Assembly: GCA_049942965.1 (NCBI GenBank) | Contig: CP188088.1 | Span: 300,001-332,000, forward strand | From: Candidatus Saccharimonadota bacterium | GTDB lineage: Bacteria; Pseudomonadota; Gammaproteobacteria; Enterobacterales; Enterobacteriaceae | Direction: 5' to 3' | Length of the DNA stretch: 32,000 bases | In this document: in pieces, positions 30,210 to 32,000 of the stretch | Position numbering within the stretch: position 1 is the first letter of the stretch | Layout of the letters: each line of letters starts with the position of its first letter | Program-made: the position numbers and the translations under genes | The notes under the pieces: generated by a model | What the model was told of the DNA's origin: nothing | Seen by the model: the letters and a program-made list of their open reading frames with translations, nothing else | The model's database searches: none

Positions 30210-31454
30210 TTATTGCATTAATAAAAGTCTGATATCATTTATATTTTTTTTGACAAAATTAGTAAAACGACAAGCATATACACCATTAATAATTCTATGA
30301 TCATATGATAAAGAAAATGGTAATATTATTCTAGGAATAAATTTATTATTATTCCAAATTGGTTTTACAACACATTTAGATATACCTAGAATTCCAACTT
30401 CTGGAGGATTTATAATTGGAGTAAAAGCTGTTCCACCTATGCTTCCTAAACTAGTTATCGTAAAGGTTCCATCTTGAAGATCAGAAAATAATAATTTTCC
30501 TAATTTAGCCTGATTTGAAAATTTAACTATCTTTTTTGATATTTCTATAATATTTTTATTTTTTAAATTCTTCAATACAGGAACCACCAATCCATTATCA
30601 GTATCTACAGCAATTCCAATATTTATTTGATTTTTTAAAATAATATGATTTTTATCATCTGATATAGAACTATTTAGCAATGGAAATTTTTTTAACGAAA
30701 TAAATAAAGATCTAACAATAAAAGATAAAATTGTCACTTTGTTTTCTTTATTCTTTGAATTCAAATTATATTTTTTTCTAAAATTTTCTAATTCTGTAAC
30801 ATCAACTTCATTAAACTGAGTTACATGAGGAATATTTTTCCAAGAATTTAATAAATTAAAACTTGTATTTTTTTGAATTTTACTTATTTTAATTATATTA
30901 AATTTTGAATCAGAAAAATTAAAATTATTTATTTTTTTGTCTCCATTTACTTTCGAATTTATTAAACTTTTTTCTTTCGTAAAAATAATTTTCGATACAT
31001 CCGATTTTAAAATTCTACCTTTTGGTCCAGTTCCTTTAATCTTTGACAAATCAATATTATTAATTCTTGCTAAACGACGAACTATTGGACTAGTGTATAA
31101 ACTTTTTTTTTCAGAACCGTCTATTGTATTTTTTTGTTCTAAACAAATATCTTTACTTGTAGGTATATTAAAAAAATCAATATATTTTTCTTTTAGCTGT
31201 TTTTTATTACTATTTATACACTCTATGTCTATAAACATAATTAAAGTGGAAGTTTTAACTATATCACCAACATTTACATTAATTTTATTTATTACTCCAG
31301 AAACTGGAGAAGGAATTTCCATAGAAGTTTTTTGTCCTTCTACAACCAATAAACTATCTTCTTTCTTTATTTTATCCCCAATATTCACTAAAATTTCTGT
31401 TACTTCTACAGATTCTAATCCTATATCTGGTATTCTAATTTCAGTAACATTCAT
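30210..31454 (-). CDS. aceF: Dihydrolipoamide acetyltransferase (E2 of pyruvate dehydrogenase), 414 aa, single lipoyl domain
   Basis: One lipoyl domain (IRIPDIGLESVEVTEILVNIGDKI...VVEGQKTSMEIPSP), a peripheral-subunit-binding domain (SPIVRRLARINNIDLSKIKGTGPKGRILKSDV), and a catalytic domain ending LSLSYDHRIINGV. E. coli AceF has three lipoyl domains (630 aa). Confidence 0.94.
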   Translation of the reverse strand: MNVTEIRIPDIGLESVEVTEILVNIGDKIKKEDSLLVVEGQKTSMEIPSPVSGVINKINVNVGDIVKTSTLIMFIDIECINSNKKQLKEKYIDFFNIPTSKDICLEQKNTIDGSEKKSLYTSPIVRRLARINNIDLSKIKGTGPKGRILKSDVSKIIFTKEKSLINSKVNGDKKINNFNFSDSKFNIIKISKIQKNTSFNLLNSWKNIPHVTQFNEVDVTELENFRKKYNLNSKNKENKVTILSFIVRSLFISLKKFPLLNSSISDDKNHIILKNQINIGIAVDTDNGLVVPVLKNLKNKNIIEISKKIVKFSNQAKLGKLLFSDLQDGTFTITSLGSIGGTAFTPIINPPEVGILGISKCVVKPIWNNNKFIPRIILPFSLSYDHRIINGVYACRFTNFVKKNINDIRLLLMQ

Positions 31455-31466
31455 TATTTTTTCCTA

Positions 31467-32000
31467 TTAAGACAATCTTGGATTATCTTTATCAACATTT
31501 ATTTTAAACTTATTAATAACCTGTGATACTAAATTTGAACTTACCTTTCCTAACTTAGAAAGCTCAAACAATGCTGCTACTACTATATGTATTGCATCAA
31601 TTTCAAAATAATTTCTAAGATTCTCTCTACTATCAGAACGACCAAATCCATCAGTTCCTAAAACCCGATAATTTTTTGTAGGTAAATATCCACGAATTTG
31701 TTCAGCATATAGTTTTACATAATCTGTTGAAGCAATAGCAGGTGAACTATTCATTATTTTTTTCAAAAAAGGAATTTTTTCTTTTTTTTCTGGATTAATC
31801 ATGTTCCAACGTTCACAATCTTGACCATTTCTTGCAAGTTCTGTAAAAGAAGTTACGCTATATACATCAGAAGAAATATTAAAATCTTTGCTTAAAATTT
31901 TAGCAGCTATTCTAATGCTTTGTAAAATTGCTCCTGAACCTAACAATTGTACTTTACTTATATTTCCCGACCATGTTTCTAATTTATAAATACCTTTACA
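31467..32000 (-). CDS. aceE: Pyruvate dehydrogenase E1 component, C-terminal part (gene continues beyond the window edge)
   Basis: VYSVTSFTELARNGQDCERWNM and YRVLGTDGFGRSDSRENLRNYFEID with C-terminal NPRLS are near-identical to the E. coli AceE C-terminus. The M at 31946 in the ORF track is an internal TTG (Leu). My hand translation stays open to base 32000 (CKGIYKLETWSGNISKVQLLGSG). Confidence 0.93.
   Translation of the reverse strand, partial: CKGIYKLETWSGNISKVQLLGSGAILQSIRIAAKILSKDFNISSDVYSVTSFTELARNGQDCERWNMINPEKKEKIPFLKKIMNSSPAIASTDYVKLYAEQIRGYLPTKNYRVLGTDGFGRSDSRENLRNYFEIDAIHIVVAALFELSKLGKVSSNLVSQVINKFKINVDKDNPRLS

Noticed and set aside
457-31470. Sixteen ORFs of 60-177 aa lie antisense to the annotated genes: 457-696, 954-1160, 3169-3402, 3468-3650, 3874-4110, 12338-12574, 12758-13108, 14208-14420, 16424-16729, 21971-22264, 24135-24344, 27319-27525, 27876-28076, 29678-29962, 29892-30116 and 30937-31470.
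   Set aside because: Each lies entirely or almost entirely inside a well-supported conserved gene on the opposite strand. Their products are low-complexity F/I/L/K/N-rich sequences with no recognisable motifs. They are shadow ORFs of the kind expected in AT-rich DNA.
1-32000. Searched for rRNA, tRNA, CRISPR arrays, IS/transposase, integrase, phage, toxin-antitoxin and defence-system genes, and for any GC-rich or compositionally foreign island.
   Set aside because: None was seen. Every ORF above about 110 aa that is not antisense to a called gene is a recognisable housekeeping orthologue in ancestral synteny. All spacers are AT-rich with no tRNA-like GC-rich stems and no regularly spaced repeats. 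There is therefore no support for an accessory or novel multi-gene system in this window.

Overview
This window is extremely A+T-rich (roughly 80% A+T by eye, not computed) and gene-dense. It holds 23 intact protein-coding genes plus one frameshifted gene, all clear orthologues of E. coli housekeeping genes. The order is argS | flhA-flhB | proS | dnaE-fabZ-bamA | frr-pyrH-tsf-rpsB | map-dapD | degP | ilvI-ilvH-rsmH-ftsA-ftsZ-erpA-mtnN | lpdA-aceF-aceE. As far as I can recall, this matches the conserved chromosome order of Buchnera aphidicola, the aphid primary endosymbiont. Whole blocks are missing: the mur/fts division-wall genes, dxr-uppS-cdsA-rseP, skp-lpx-rnhB and probably speDE. That degree of loss points to a strongly reduced lineage (Cinara/Lachninae-like), but the exact lineage cannot be fixed from this window. 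I see no rRNA, tRNA, CRISPR, transposase, phage or defence-like genes, and no GC-rich islands in the spacers. I do not find evidence for a novel multi-gene system; this is core genome, and the interesting signals are reductive-evolution signatures. The main ones are: (1) mtnN/pfs broken only by a 13-A homopolymer frameshift; (2) a ProRS with the INS editing domain cleanly excised; (3) the dcw cluster collapsed to rsmH-ftsA-ftsZ; (4) gene-free AT spacers marking deleted envelope and isoprenoid genes; (5) retained flagellar export-gate genes, with a variant FlhB autocleavage motif; (6) many long in-frame poly(A) tracts; and (7) a few perfect palindromes or hairpins in spacers between convergent genes. 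All sixteen ORFs that lie antisense to these genes are judged spurious.
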